A DNA stretch of 64,000 nt, taken from NCBI GenBank assembly GCA_013239625.1, contig MU053758.1, positions 372,001 through 436,000 on the forward strand, read 5' to 3'. The stretch's first letter is position 1; each line of letters opens with the position of its first letter. The notes beneath the pieces were generated by a model that saw nothing but the letters and a program-made list of their open reading frames with translations, did not search any database and was not told the DNA's origin. The DNA comes from Lama guanicoe (lineage: Eukaryota). Position numbers and translations under genes: made by a program. Shown in pieces: positions 24,728 through 35,698 of this stretch.

Positions 24728-25921
24728 CTCAGAATGCTTTTAGTCTCTTTCCAAGAACAATTTTCTTACACAATGTGAATATTCACCTGATATAATTTTC
24801 CCTTCTTCATGTTTTATCCCATCAAATGGATATGCTGAGAGTGAAAGGGAAGAAGAAAGAGACGGAGGGAAGGTGAGAGAGAAAGAGTGAAAGAGGACAA
24901 GCTACAAGGGGGGTAGACCATGTTTAAAGATCTTAGAAGAAAGAAAATTAGTAAACTTCCCCTTAACATCTTAAGAGGGCTTTACTATAGTTCTCAACAA
25001 AGCTTCCAAATATCGGATCTTTTTCTTCTTGTTGCAAATTGTGTGCATTCTTCCTTCTCCCTCTTCTGCCCCGCCTCCCAGCCCCCTGGCACCATCAGAC
25101 GATTTCAAAGTCAAGGTCACTTAACTAAATAAAAAGGATGACAATGACAGGACCAGAAATAGACCCCAAAGGCCTTCTACAAAACTGAAACACACTGGCG
25201 TAAATGATATTATCAAAAATAGAAATGATCACTTGAGGGCTTAGCCCAGAAGGGTGACGGAGAGGGTGGAGATGGAGAATGGCTGGAGGTGTAGATCAAA
25301 GGAACAGTCAGAATGCACGGGCACCTACTGTTGGATGCTAACAAGAGTGTGAGAGTGACTTCAAGTTCAACCTGTTTATTTGCTGCTGCGATCCTCAATT
25401 AATCAGTAACTTGTGTTGAGCACACAGCAGGAAAATACGCTGGTTGGATGAATGAATGAACTGATGAGTGAATGAATGCATAGTATTTATCTGGGGCCTA
25501 CCATGGGTCCAGCTCTTGTACAGACCACCACTTCTGCTTCTGGTTTGGCAGCAGGGAAAAAGAAAATAAGTTGTGCTGAAGGAAACAGGTCCCTCAGTTA
25601 GCATAAAAGTGGTGTAGGATGTTACTCCCCAAAGACAGTACTTACAAGAGCTGTCAAGTTAAAAGCAAAAATAATAAGTTAGGTCTTCATCAAGGCTGTT
25701 CCTTTCAAGTTGACTACTGCCATGCCAAACAAGTTTTAGTTATAGAACAAAGAGTGGGTTTTGCGGCAGATTAGGAAACCAGATTCAGTTTGCTCTTTGT
25801 TTAGGAGCTGTAGCAGAAAGGGCTCTTTTATTTAACTTTTTATTTTATCATCACGTCTCTGGGTCACCCGGCTCCTTCCCGTTAAAACCTTGGGATTTTC
25901 TACCGTCTTTTACACGCTTAC

Positions 25922-26017
25922 TTCATTTTTTTTTTCTATTGTCTCTTTCTCTCTCTGCAGACCATCGTATAGAATCTTGTTCTCACTCAGTCTCTTTGAC
26001 AGGTCCAAGTTCTGGTC
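25922..26017 (-). CDS. CALCOCO2: CALCOCO2 exon 10
   Basis: tggcag|; DQNLDLSKRLSENKILYDGLQREKETIEKKNE; donor GAA|GTAAGC; 96 nt. Confidence 0.95.
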
Positions 26018-26703
26018 CTGCCAATAAAAAAAATCATTAGGATTAAGATCACATATTGTAGTCTGGATCAAGGTGGGGTAAGACAAGGAGTTTGTAGAGG
26101 ATCTGGCTTTCCAAAGTGGCGGGACTGAGGCGGGGGAGACGCGAACTCGGGTAGGGAGGAGCTGCACCATGAGGAGATGCTGACTTACAGAAAAGTGATT
26201 TAATGAAATGCCTGAAGGCTTGGGCTGGCATCGAGATGCCAGTTTCTTTTGGTTTAGCTGGGAGTTAAGCGACCAGAGAGAAAAAATTAGCTTGGGGAAC
26301 ACCTCAAGGCTGACTTATCATAATTAGGGATAAATGGAGCTTTGTTTAACCCCACCCAACCATGGAAACAATCAGCTTTGTCTTGAATAAACATTTCACT
26401 CAGTGCAGCATGAAGCAGTGAGTCAAGCTGGTGTGACTCCCTTCCGGTGTGAGGATACGCAGCTGGATTCAAGTGACACGGAGGAAGAAGGAATTCTGGG
26501 AGGCGTTTATCCAAGGCCACAAGGAACCCAGACTAGGGTCCTGGGCTCCCCAGTATGATGGGTTCACTGACTAGTTTCACGGACCCAAAACTCACAGGCA
26601 TGCTTCAGCGCTTCCCGTCTCCTGCCTACATACGGACACATGCGCATACCTCACAAAAACACTTAAGCTAATCCTACTGGTTGTGGTGTTTTTTTCCAAG
26701 ATT

Positions 26704-26709
26704 TTTATT
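26704..26709 (-). terminator. Candidate intronic polyadenylation signal (AATAAA) for exon 9b
   Basis: tttatt on + strand; downstream GT/T-rich element gtgtttttgtg on the minus strand near 26651-26661. Confidence 0.4.
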
Positions 26710-26773
26710 TGAATGCTGGTGCCCAAACTGCTGTGCGCTTCTAGCCTCCCCTGAGGTAGCAATGCCAGAGGGG

Positions 26774-26857
26774 CTACCCGATGACAGTGCTGACTGCAGG
26801 CTCCTGGCTCCCCATCCCCATTGGCTCCTGCTGGCTCTTCTGGTCCTGCTTCACTTC
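26774..26857 (-). CDS. CALCOCO2: Putative alternative terminal exon (9b) of CALCOCO2
   Basis: Polypyrimidine tract ctttcttatttctgccttttgag|, phase-0 frame EVKQDQKSQQEPMGMGSQEPAVSTVIG-TAG, AATAAA 65 nt after the stop. Confidence 0.45.
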   Translation of the reverse strand, partial: EVKQDQKSQQEPMGMGSQEPAVSTVIG

Positions 26858-27123
26858 CTCAAAAGGCAGAAATAAGAAAGGACTATCTGAGTCTGCACAG
26901 AAACCTGCAGTTACAAAAACCTTCCCTGAGACCCATGGCTGAGCTGGGGGTCTCTATTTCTGGGTATCCCCAGGCTGGTTTTTGGCCGCACACTCCATCC
27001 CTCCTCTTTTTGGCAGAAAGATAAATTCCTCTCCTTAACAGGGGTGTGCAATCCTCCGGGCTTGGTCCAGGAACCACACACCTTCACACCCCTTGCTTCC
27101 TGGGCCCCTCATCTGTCACCTAC

Positions 27124-27282
27124 CCGTGCGGCAGCCCTGAGCTGCCTGATCTGTCTGTGGAGCCGTTGACACTCTTTGTACTTCTCTAAGAAACAGGCTT
27201 TCCCGGCCTCTACCTTTGCCTTAAGGCGTTCCACCTCTTGTACTAACTGTTCCTCCGCTGCTGCTTTCTTGCTCCTAGGCTC
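27124..27282 (-). CDS. CALCOCO2: Putative extra CALCOCO2 exon (9a), 53-aa coiled coil resembling TAX1BP1
   Basis: Acceptor tgcttcag|, donor CGG|GTAGGT, 159 nt, phase 0-0 like flanking exons 9 and 10, no stop; EPRSKKAAAEEQLVQEVERLKAKVEAGKACFLEKYKECQRLHRQIRQLRAAAR. Confidence 0.75.
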
Positions 27283-27454
27283 CTGAAGCATAAGATACAC
27301 AGTCCTCAGAGTTAAGGGCCTTTTGGATGCATGAAGAATAAAGAATGGCTATGAGACAACTGGGGAGCTCCCAAAAATCAAGGAAACCCATATCTGCCAC
27401 AAGGAGTTTCAACCCTTTGAATGGCTACAGATGATTTATTTAGTTATAATTTAA

Positions 27455-27850
27455 AAAATTTTTTTCTCTAACTTTATTGAGATATAAATGGTATAAAGAA
27501 AACTGCATATAATTAATATATGCAATTTGGTGAGTTTGGACATATGTATTACACTCCTATTACTATTACCAGAACCCACGTAATAAATATATCCCTCATC
27601 TCTGAAAGTTTCCTTGTGTCCCTTTGTGTGTATGTGTGTGATAAGAATACTTACCATGAGATCTGCCTTGTTTTATTTTTTTATTTAAAAAAAATTATTT
27701 TTAAACTGAAGTATAGTCAATTTACAATGTTGTATTAGTCTCTAGTGTACAGTATGGTGATTCAGTTATGTGCATATATATATATATACACTTTTTCATA
27801 TGCTTTTTCATTATAGGTTACTATAAGATATTGAATATAGTTCCCTTGAT
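27455..27850 (-). mobile_element. Two L1 3'-end fragments in intron 9
   Basis: ctttattgagatataaatgg... and ctgaagtatagtcaatttacaatgttgt...attgaatatagttccc. Confidence 0.75.
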
Positions 27851-27878
27851 TATTTAAAACAGTAATTTCTTTGCTACA

Positions 27879-28383
27879 TCAGAAGCCACAAACTCAGGAG
27901 GAAGGGTAGAGCTCAGTGGTAGAGTACATGCTTAGCATGCACGAGGTCCTGGGTTCGAGCCTCAGTATCTCTGTTAAAAAAATAAAAACCTAATTGCCTC
28001 CCTTCCTCTGCCAAAAAAAGAAAAAAAAAAAGAAAAAAGAGATCACAAACTCAAAAGTGCCAATAGGGGCCTAGCAAGTAATGTAACTGAACGAAGGAAC
28101 TGAATGCAATGAAACAGTGAGGACTGTAGCCCGATGGAGAACCAAGACCCATCTAAAGGGGCAGCAGTTACTCAGCTCCGGGTACTACTGCTCTGTGAGA
28201 ATGTGGGATCAAATGTTGCCAAAGCCTCTAATTTTTCAAGAAGCTGGAAATACAAAATTTTTTGTGGGAAATATTCCCATTTTTAAGTGTTGGTAACTAA
28301 TTCAATTTTTAAGAAAGCACTGACAAAGCCAAACATTTCTGTGGGCTATACTTAACCTGTGAGTTGCTGGTTTTCATACTCTG
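27879..28383 (-). mobile_element. MER102-like hAT DNA transposon relic (interrupted by SINE)
   Basis: Minus strand cagagtatgaaaaccagc...cccacagaaatgtttgg...aattgaattagttaccaaca resembles MER102; from memory. Confidence 0.55.
27897..28043 (+). mobile_element. Vic-1-type SINE (intron 9, inside a MER102-like element)
   Basis: Consensus match; TSD cacaaactca. Confidence 0.88.
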
Positions 28384-29060
28384 CTGGACCCACTCTTTAT
28401 TGTATCATGCTAAAATACACAATATCTTAGATATTATAGGTACTCAATAACTGACTGAATATTAAGAGTGAATAAATGATGCATGTATTGGTTACATTCC
28501 CAGTACACATCAGGATTTCTCACGCCCTTACATCAGTGCAGAAAACTGGGCTTCTAGGCACCTGTCATCACTATGAGGCCTCTTTTCTAACAATATATTA
28601 TAGGAAATTATTAGTCAGTTAGGCTTTCATTACTATATTATACAGCTCAGAATAATTTATAATGATGATAATTGCTAACATTATATTAATTATACCAAAA
28701 TTTGTTTTGATCACTGTAATATTTTCTAATTATAGAGCTCAATTAATAATCATTAATCAGTAACTCCTTAAGGAGGGGGCAGGGGTTATTCTGTGTGATT
28801 TCTAGCCCAGGGCTCTATTTAGTACACCCTGTCATGAAGTTTAACTTCCAGTATTTCTCTATCACTCATCACGCATTAGAAATGCCCATCTTTCCTAAAC
28901 AGCGTGTAAATGGCAGATTCTCTGTCCTTTTGGGGAGAAAGAGTCTGGAGGTAAATGCTATTCTAATCTGTCATACCTATGCTTTCCACCACGTGAAAAT
29001 AGACCCTACCCCTTCCTTTCTTTAGCTCCCTCCCACATAGCCATGCAAAGACAGACATGC

Positions 29061-29147
29061 CGTTAATTCCTGTTGTTTCTTCACTGCGGCAGTTTCTTTC
29101 TGCTTCATCTCCTCCACTGTCTGCTCAAGCTTCTTCTGGTGCTCCTT
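29061..29147 (-). CDS. CALCOCO2: CALCOCO2 exon 9 (coiled coil; ends at GC donor)
   Basis: atgcag|; KEHQKKLEQTVEEMKQKETAAVKKQQELT; 87 nt; the boundary that keeps protein homology and phase is ACG|GCATGT. Confidence 0.9.
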
Positions 29148-29442
29148 CTGCATAAAAACAGATTTCAGTACCACTGCTGGGAAAACACACACACACGCAC
29201 AGGCACATGCATGCACGCACTGGGGAAGGGCCTGCTGAGCTAAAGAGCAAGCAGGAGGCAGAGAAGCAAGTCTTCTCATATTAGCTCCCAAGAAAAGCCA
29301 GGAGATTCTTCACTTCAGATGGCTTCCTCTGAGACCTTTCCTAGAGCCACTGATATCCAGGTACATGATACAATAAAGAAAGAGCAATGTACATATTTTT
29401 TCACAAATGCCTAAAAAGTATGATTGTCTTCCATGACTCTAC

Positions 29443-29565
29443 CTGTTCAGTCAAACTGAGAAAGAGCTGGCCATTTTCCTTTTTCAGGTGCTCCAGCTGC
29501 TCTGTCTTATCTTGAACTTCCTGAACAAGCTTCTCTATTTTTTTCTCTTGTGTTGACAGTTGGGC
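29443..29565 (-). CDS. CALCOCO2: CALCOCO2 exon 8 (coiled coil)
   Basis: ctttag|; AQLSTQEKKIEKLVQEVQDKTEQLEHLKKENGQLFLSLTEQ; donor CAG|GTAGAG; 123 nt. Confidence 0.95.
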
Positions 29566-30166
29566 CTAAAGCAGAAACAGTGAATATAACCAAGATATAA
29601 AAGAATAAAAACTAAACAGGAATGCTTTACAATGTAGAGTAACATGAAGAGATGTGTGTTCCCCCAGCAATTCCCAAATGCCAAATACTCCTTAGAACTT
29701 CTGCACTTTTCAGCTCTACCTTACACTCTAAGAATCTAAGATTCAAGTGGGAAAAATTCAGCAACTATCCTTTACAGCCCCTCTTTAAGGCCCAGCTTCC
29801 TAAAAATGAGAACAGTTCTGCTGCTACCTGCTTTACATTCCAGGCTTCTGAGTGAGATTTTGCTTGAAAAGATTTTGTAGTTAAAAGAAAAAAGTTAGTA
29901 TTGGTATAGAGGCCGGTCATCATCTTAAGAGCTCACGATAAATATAAACTGAGCAAATGATTCGGTTCTCTGGGGACTGTGACTATCAAAACAAGGGTGA
30001 GGGGGGCTAAGACTGGCAAACACACACTCTGAAAGTGTAGTCTGCTGCTCTGAAAGGTCCACCCTCAGGCACTAGCTACAGTGATCTGCATCTTCCTGGG
30101 CCACCGGAGTTGGAGTGGTGGCAAGGCTAAGAAAATATACTTTGGCAAAGGCTTGGCGTTTCCTAC

Positions 30167-30236
30167 CTGAAGCTGATCCACTCTGACTCCCATCTTCTCA
30201 TTTTCTGAGGACATCTTCTGGTTTTGTTCTTTTAGT
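30167..30236 (-). CDS. CALCOCO2: CALCOCO2 exon 7 (coiled coil)
   Basis: ccacag|; LKEQNQKMSSENEKMGVRVDQLQ; donor CAG|GTAGGA; 70 nt. Confidence 0.95.
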
Positions 30237-30615
30237 CTGTGGAGGTGGAGATGACTATGTGAAAAATATGCTAATTCCAGGTCAGCTCCTCCAGACCTTA
30301 AATGATTTAAGGCTGCCTTGGCCCTAAGCCTGCATTTAAAATCCACCAGTCTCTTCTTCAGTCCTGTTTTGGCTTCCTGACCTCAAACTGCAAGAATTCA
30401 ATATTTAACAGTAACACTTGAATTCAGGTAATTTGTCCTTATCCATTCTAATTCTCTAACCTAGAGTCAAAGAGTTCATGAGTCAAAGAGGGAGAACCAT
30501 ACTTATCATTGTCACGATAGGAAGACTGTTTTCTAACAAATTCTAGAAATCTAATCTGACCCAACTAAAGGTATCTGTAACACAAAACCTCCTCCCATCC
30601 AAGGACCACACTCAC

Positions 30616-30704
30616 TGAAGCAGCTCTGTCTCCCAGCAGTCCTTCTGCTCTTTCATTTTCTGTTCCAACTTCTTATTGACGCTCTTCAGGGTTTCTAGCT
30701 CCTC
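30616..30704 (-). CDS. CALCOCO2: CALCOCO2 exon 6 (coiled coil)
   Basis: ctgcag|; EELETLKSVNKKLEQKMKEQKDCWETELL(Q); donor CA|GTGAGT; 89 nt. Confidence 0.95.
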
Positions 30705-31385
30705 CTGCAGTTGGAAACGTCAAAGAGACTGACCATTTCTAAGACAGTGTTTAGTATCTCAGGCAGTCAACAAATACTTAAGCACTTACTATCTGTCAGG
30801 CATAGCAGTGAATGAAATATCCAAGTAAAGAGATTTCCATATTAAAATATTCAAGTTTGTTCTTCCTATATTAAAAACGCATCTACCTTAATTTCTCTTC
30901 TACTGGAGCTTCTATCTGTCCATTAATTCACTAGGCAAATGTTTAATGAGCGCCTATTATGTACCAAACACCGTTCTGGTACTGCAAACACAACACTGGA
31001 TGAAATAAAGTTGCTTTTTCTCTTAAAAGAGTGCTGTCCAATAAATTCATGAAAACCACCCATGTAATTAAAGCATTTTAATAACCACATTAAAACAAGT
31101 AAAAAGAAATAGATGAAATTAATTTTACTAATAGCCTATGTATTTAATCCAAAATATCTATATCATTTCAATATGTAAACATAATCTATGTATTTAATCC
31201 CAAATATCTATAATATCATTTCAATAAGTAAACAATGAAAAGGAAATATCTAACATACTAAAATCGGTGCCAGATATTATTATAAGGGAATAAGATCACA
31301 AGCAAAACAGAAAATGGTGCTGGATAAGAGGCAGCATCCAATTCCAACCTCCATACGCCAAGTTCACCTCTAAGCAGCTTCTTAC

Positions 31386-31511
31386 CTGCTTCTTTTGGAG
31401 CTCAGCCTGCATTTCTGAGTTCTGCTTCTGGAGGCTGACGCAGCTGTCCTTCAGCTCCTGGTTTTCTTTGCAAAGTTCCTTGTTGTGCTCCTCAATCTCT
31501 TCCACTTCACC
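31386..31511 (-). CDS. CALCOCO2: CALCOCO2 exon 5 (coiled coil)
   Basis: tcgtag|; GEVEEIEEHNKELCKENQELKDSCVSLQKQNSEMQAELQKKQ; donor CAG|GTAAGA; 126 nt. Confidence 0.96.
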
Positions 31512-31791
31512 CTACGAAAAAGCATTCTATAAACTCGTATTTGGCCCTTTATAGCTCAGTGGATATTCATGTCCCTCCAGCAGAAAATTCCCAGAGGCTG
31601 GGACGGCTAGGGTCTGGGGGATTCTCTATCACTGTCAGCACAGTACCCCAAACGGAATCAGCTCCTTGGTGTGTAGGGAAGGGGTTAAGAGAGGTATGTC
31701 TATAAAACTGCAGCACTAAGCCTGCCGTTACCAAGAAAGAAAGATTTTTTTTAAAAATGAGACCACAAAAACTTAAAAGAGGGAATGATAA

Positions 31792-31925
31792 GGGGGGAGG
31801 GTATAGCTCAAGTGGTAGAGCATATGCTTAGCATGCAGAAGTTCCTGGGTTCAATCCCTAGCATCTCCTCTAAAAGTAAATACATAAATCAACCTAATTA
31901 TCTCTCCCCACTCCAAAAAAAAAAA
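31792..31925 (+). mobile_element. Vic-1-type SINE (intron 4)
   Basis: Consensus match; TSD aaaagagggaa(t/a)gata. Confidence 0.9.
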
Positions 31926-32498
31926 AAAAGAGGGAAAGATAGAAGAATGTTTTTTCTTGCAAACAGTTAACACTGTTTGTTTCTCCTACTGGACTTAGCT
32001 CCTTGAGATCAGGACACAGTTTTAATTGACTCTTCACTGCATCCCTAGTGCCTACCATAGTGCTGGATGGAAGCAGGTGTCCTGTAAATAACTGAGTAAG
32101 TAAATGAATCTAATGTTCATATATGACAAGCTCGGGGCCAGAACTAAAAGATACAAAGAAGAACATTTGGTACCTTTCTCCTTGAAGGAGCTTATAAAAT
32201 TGACTGCGGTGATAAGATGTGCAGATGACAAAACTTAAGTAACTGGAAAAGTGAAGGAGACAAATGAATGCCAACTGAGTTACAGAAGTTTTAGATAAAG
32301 GAAAAATCTGTTATGATTCTTGTTAACATTCCGAAGTCATTCCCTTAGGAATGCTGGGTTTGAGTGGGTACTGTATATGTTTTTCCCAATAGTATCTGTG
32401 TTAAATATCCAATAAAGGCTTACTGACTAGAATTTCACCCTACCCTGGAACTGCTGCTCTTAATGGCAGAAGGAGACTGAGATGAGATGTTTACAGAC

Positions 32499-32632
32499 CT
32501 GAGTGGTAACAACCAGGATGTCCTCCTCATTTTCTGGACGGAACTGGAAAGGGATACTTGCTCCCCGGACCACACCATCCTGATCCACATAGCAGAACTG
32601 GTAATACTCATCATCCTTGGGCAGGTAGTAAG
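32499..32632 (-). CDS. CALCOCO2: CALCOCO2 exon 4 (end of SKICH and LC3C-binding cLIR ILVV)
   Basis: tttcag|; (A)YYLPKDDEYYQFCYVDQDGVVRGASIPFQFRPENEEDILVVTTQ; donor CAG|GTCTGT; 134 nt; phase matches exon 3. Confidence 0.96.
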
Positions 32633-32763
32633 CTGAAAACAGAACATGATTTTTAATCTAAAATAAGGTCTATTCAGAAAACTAAAAACCTGAAAGTCTT
32701 TCATCTGCTCCAGAAAGCTCAAGCTCAAGGGAATTAATTAGTCTTGGCCACTGTTTCAGTACC

Positions 32764-32852
32764 TTTTTTCTTTAATGGAGGCGTGGGGGATTGAACCCAG
32801 GATCTCCTGCATGCTAAGCCCGTGCTGTATACCACTGAGCTATATCCACCCC
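32764..32852 (-). mobile_element. Short Vic-1-like / tRNA-derived SINE (intron 3)
   Basis: tRNA-Ala-like head, short A tail, TSD ttca(g/a)taccttt. Confidence 0.8.
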
Positions 32853-32887
32853 GGTCTTCAATACCTTTGATCCAGTATTTTTCTCAC

Positions 32888-32990
32888 CTTTGAACTGGAC
32901 TTCCTCCTGTTTGGCTGATTCGCTGTTTAGGTCAACGGGCAAAGTAACCCACATGAAGGTGTAATACTCACGGGTTGTCTTCCATCCCAC
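32888..32990 (-). CDS. CALCOCO2: CALCOCO2 exon 3 (SKICH)
   Basis: ttgcag|GTG GGA TGG; VGWKTTREYYTFMWVTLPVDLNSESAKQEEVQFK; donor G|GTGAGA; 103 nt. Confidence 0.96.
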
Positions 32991-33462
32991 CTGCAATGAA
33001 AAGGGGCTCTTGTTCAGTGTCTGAAAGTGCTCAGTGGATTCTTCTTATTTTGACTATGTCTTCTTAATATTTGTTTACACTGAAATTACAATCAAATGAG
33101 TTCATTATGACAAGATCTACCCACCATTGATCAAATCTTGTTTTTTGATGTAACTGATGATTAACGATGTTGAGAATCTCTCCATGTGCCTGTTGTCCAT
33201 CTACATTTCCTCTTTGGAAAAATGTCTGTTTAGTTCTTATGATAACTATGTATATGATTAAAAATTGGTATGCACACACACAGTCCATATTACTTGTCTG
33301 AGAAGGAAACAAAAACTGGCCATTCAACACCCAGGACAAGAATTCCAAAAATTCCATCTCCAATTCAGATACTAAAGTGAGAGTGGTTGGAAAGAATTTG
33401 TGGGAATGTGAACTTTGACCCCACTATCTTCTTATAACAGTGTTCTTAGAACATCTTAATCA

Positions 33463-33597
33463 AGGGGAAGGCTATAGTTCAAGTGATAGAGTGCATGCTC
33501 CACATGCAAGAGGTCCCGGGTTTAATCCCCAGTAACTCCTCCAAGCAGAAATCAATGAAGAAACCTAATTACACCCCCTCAGAAAACAAACAATATA
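33463..33597 (+). mobile_element. Vic-1-type SINE (intron 2)
   Basis: Diverged consensus; TSD agaacatc(t/a)taatca. Confidence 0.85.
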
Positions 33598-33837
33598 AGA
33601 ACATCATAATCAGAAAGCACTTCTGATCTTGGTTTCCATTGGTTTGTCCTCTCCCTTATCCAATTCAGTCTTGTCACCTATATCAACCTGATTATATTAT
33701 TGCATTTAAAAAAGCATTTTAAATAATAATTTTAAATAATGTGTGTTGGGGTTGGACGGCAAGAGAGTTCTTAGATTATAAGGTAACCAGATATCTGAGT
33801 CCAGCCTATATAGTTTTCTTTCTTCAGTGTTTTTCTT

Positions 33838-35065
33838 TTTTAATGTTTATTTTTAAAAATTGAATGATTCTTTAAATTCTACGGTGCTTTACAATTTTCA
33901 AGTTTCACAAACATGATTTCATGTAATCCCATAACCCTTTTTTTCCCCTACCTCTACATTACCCTTCCTTTTTTCCCTCTCCCCACCAGTTTGTTCTCTG
34001 TGTCTGTGAGTCTGCCTCCATTTTGTTTTACTCACTAGTTTGTTGTATTTTTTAGATTCCACATATAAGAGATATCATACTGTATTTGTCTTCCTCTCTC
34101 TGACTTATTTCACTTAGCATAATGCCCTACAAGTCCAACCACGATGCTACAAATGGCAAAATTTCATTCTTTTTAAAAGCTGAATAGTATTCCACTGTGT
34201 GTGTGTGTGTGTGTGTGTATACACACACACACATATATATACATTACATGTTCTTTAGCCATTCCTCTGTTGATGGACACTTAGGTTGCTTGCATATCTT
34301 GGCAACTGTAAATAATAACAAACGCTGGGGTGCATGTACCTTTTCAAATCAGTGTTTTTGTCTTTTTTTGGATATGTACCCAGGAATGGAATTGCTGGGT
34401 CATACGGCAGTTCTGTTTTTAGTTTTTTGAGAAACCTCCATACTGCTTTCCACAGTGGCTGCAGTAATTTACATTGCCACCCACAGCATACGAGGGCTCC
34501 CTTTTCTCCACATCCTCGCCAATGTTTTGTCATTTGTATTCTTTTTGATGACAGTCATTGTGACAGGTATGAGGTGATAACTCATTGTGGTTTTGGTTTG
34601 CGTTTCCCTCATTAGCGATGTTGAGCATTTTTCCATGTGCCTGTTGTCCATCTACATTTCCTCTTTGGAAAACTGTCTGTTTAGTTCTGCCCATTTTTAA
34701 AATTGGGTTATTTGTTTTTTTGATGTTGAGTTGTGTAGAGCTGTTTATATATGTTGGATATTAACCCTTTATTAGTCCATCATTTGTAAATATCTTTGTG
34801 TTTGTTGATGGTTTCCTTTGCAGTGCAAAAGCTTGTAAGTTTAATTATGTCCCATTTGTCTATATTTGCTTTTGTTTCCTTTGCTTTAAGAGATGGATCC
34901 AAAAAAATATTGCTGCAGTTTATGTCACAGAGTGTTCTGCCTGTTTTCCTTTAGGAGTTTTATAGTAGTCGGCCTTACATTTAGGTCTTTAATTCATTTT
35001 GAGTTTATTTTAGTATATGGTGTTAGACCATGTTCTCATTTCATTCTTTTACATGTAGCTGTCCA
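33838..35065 (-). mobile_element. 5'-truncated LINE-1 in intron 2
   Basis: ORF2 C-terminal remnants ([18 protein letters not shown]); 15-bp TSD ttcagtgtttttctt at 33823-33837 and 35066-35080. Confidence 0.9.
34196..34240. repeat. (TG)n-(CA)n-(TA)n microsatellite in L1
   Basis: Seen directly. Confidence 0.9.
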
Positions 35066-35698
35066 TTCAGTGTTTTTCTTAATGCCTGCTTAGTGAAAGC
35101 GTTTTGGTGGTAAAGATAACAACAATCTGGTAGTCATAAAGGCCTCTTCTAGGTACAAAATACAGTAAGTCATAAAACATAAGGATACTGTAAAATATGC
35201 CCCAGAGCAGAAAGCTGGCTAAGTGGAAAATATTCTCATTAAATACGAAGAGAGGTAAAAGATGGCTCAAATCATTTCTGGAAGATAAGAGCCCACCAGA
35301 GAATAAAAAGGGAGATGTTGTGTCTTCAAGGGGAGAACACTCACCAAGTGAGAAGCAAAATTACATTCACTGCCATGTTCTGACCCTGCCTGAACCCAGT
35401 GGGAAGAGAAAAGAACTAAAAATAAATTCTATGCTTATATATTGAGGAATCAGAGCAGGGTTGAAAAGGCGACACTGAAAGCTGAACATACCAGGGCATG
35501 TTTTAGTGTCTCATTAATATACACCCCATTGCTGTAAGCATCTCAGAGCCAAGGCAGCCTGTGGTGGAACAGGAAGCAGAAATTTTATAGAGTCTTCATT
35601 CACATCCTGGAGTTTCTTAATGTACTGTGACCAAAATATCATCTGGGAAGGCCTGAGAATTACTGCTGCCTTGGAATAAGGAAACAACTTCTAGCCAC

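Noticed and set aside
31792..31870. tRNA-Ala gene (and the 13 similar copies)
   Set aside because: All have A-rich tails, mostly with TSDs, and scattered substitutions; they are SINEs, not tRNA genes.
32435..32728. 97-aa ORF overlapping exon 4
   Set aside because: Alternative frame of the true exon; the CALCOCO2 frame is fixed by splice phase and homology.
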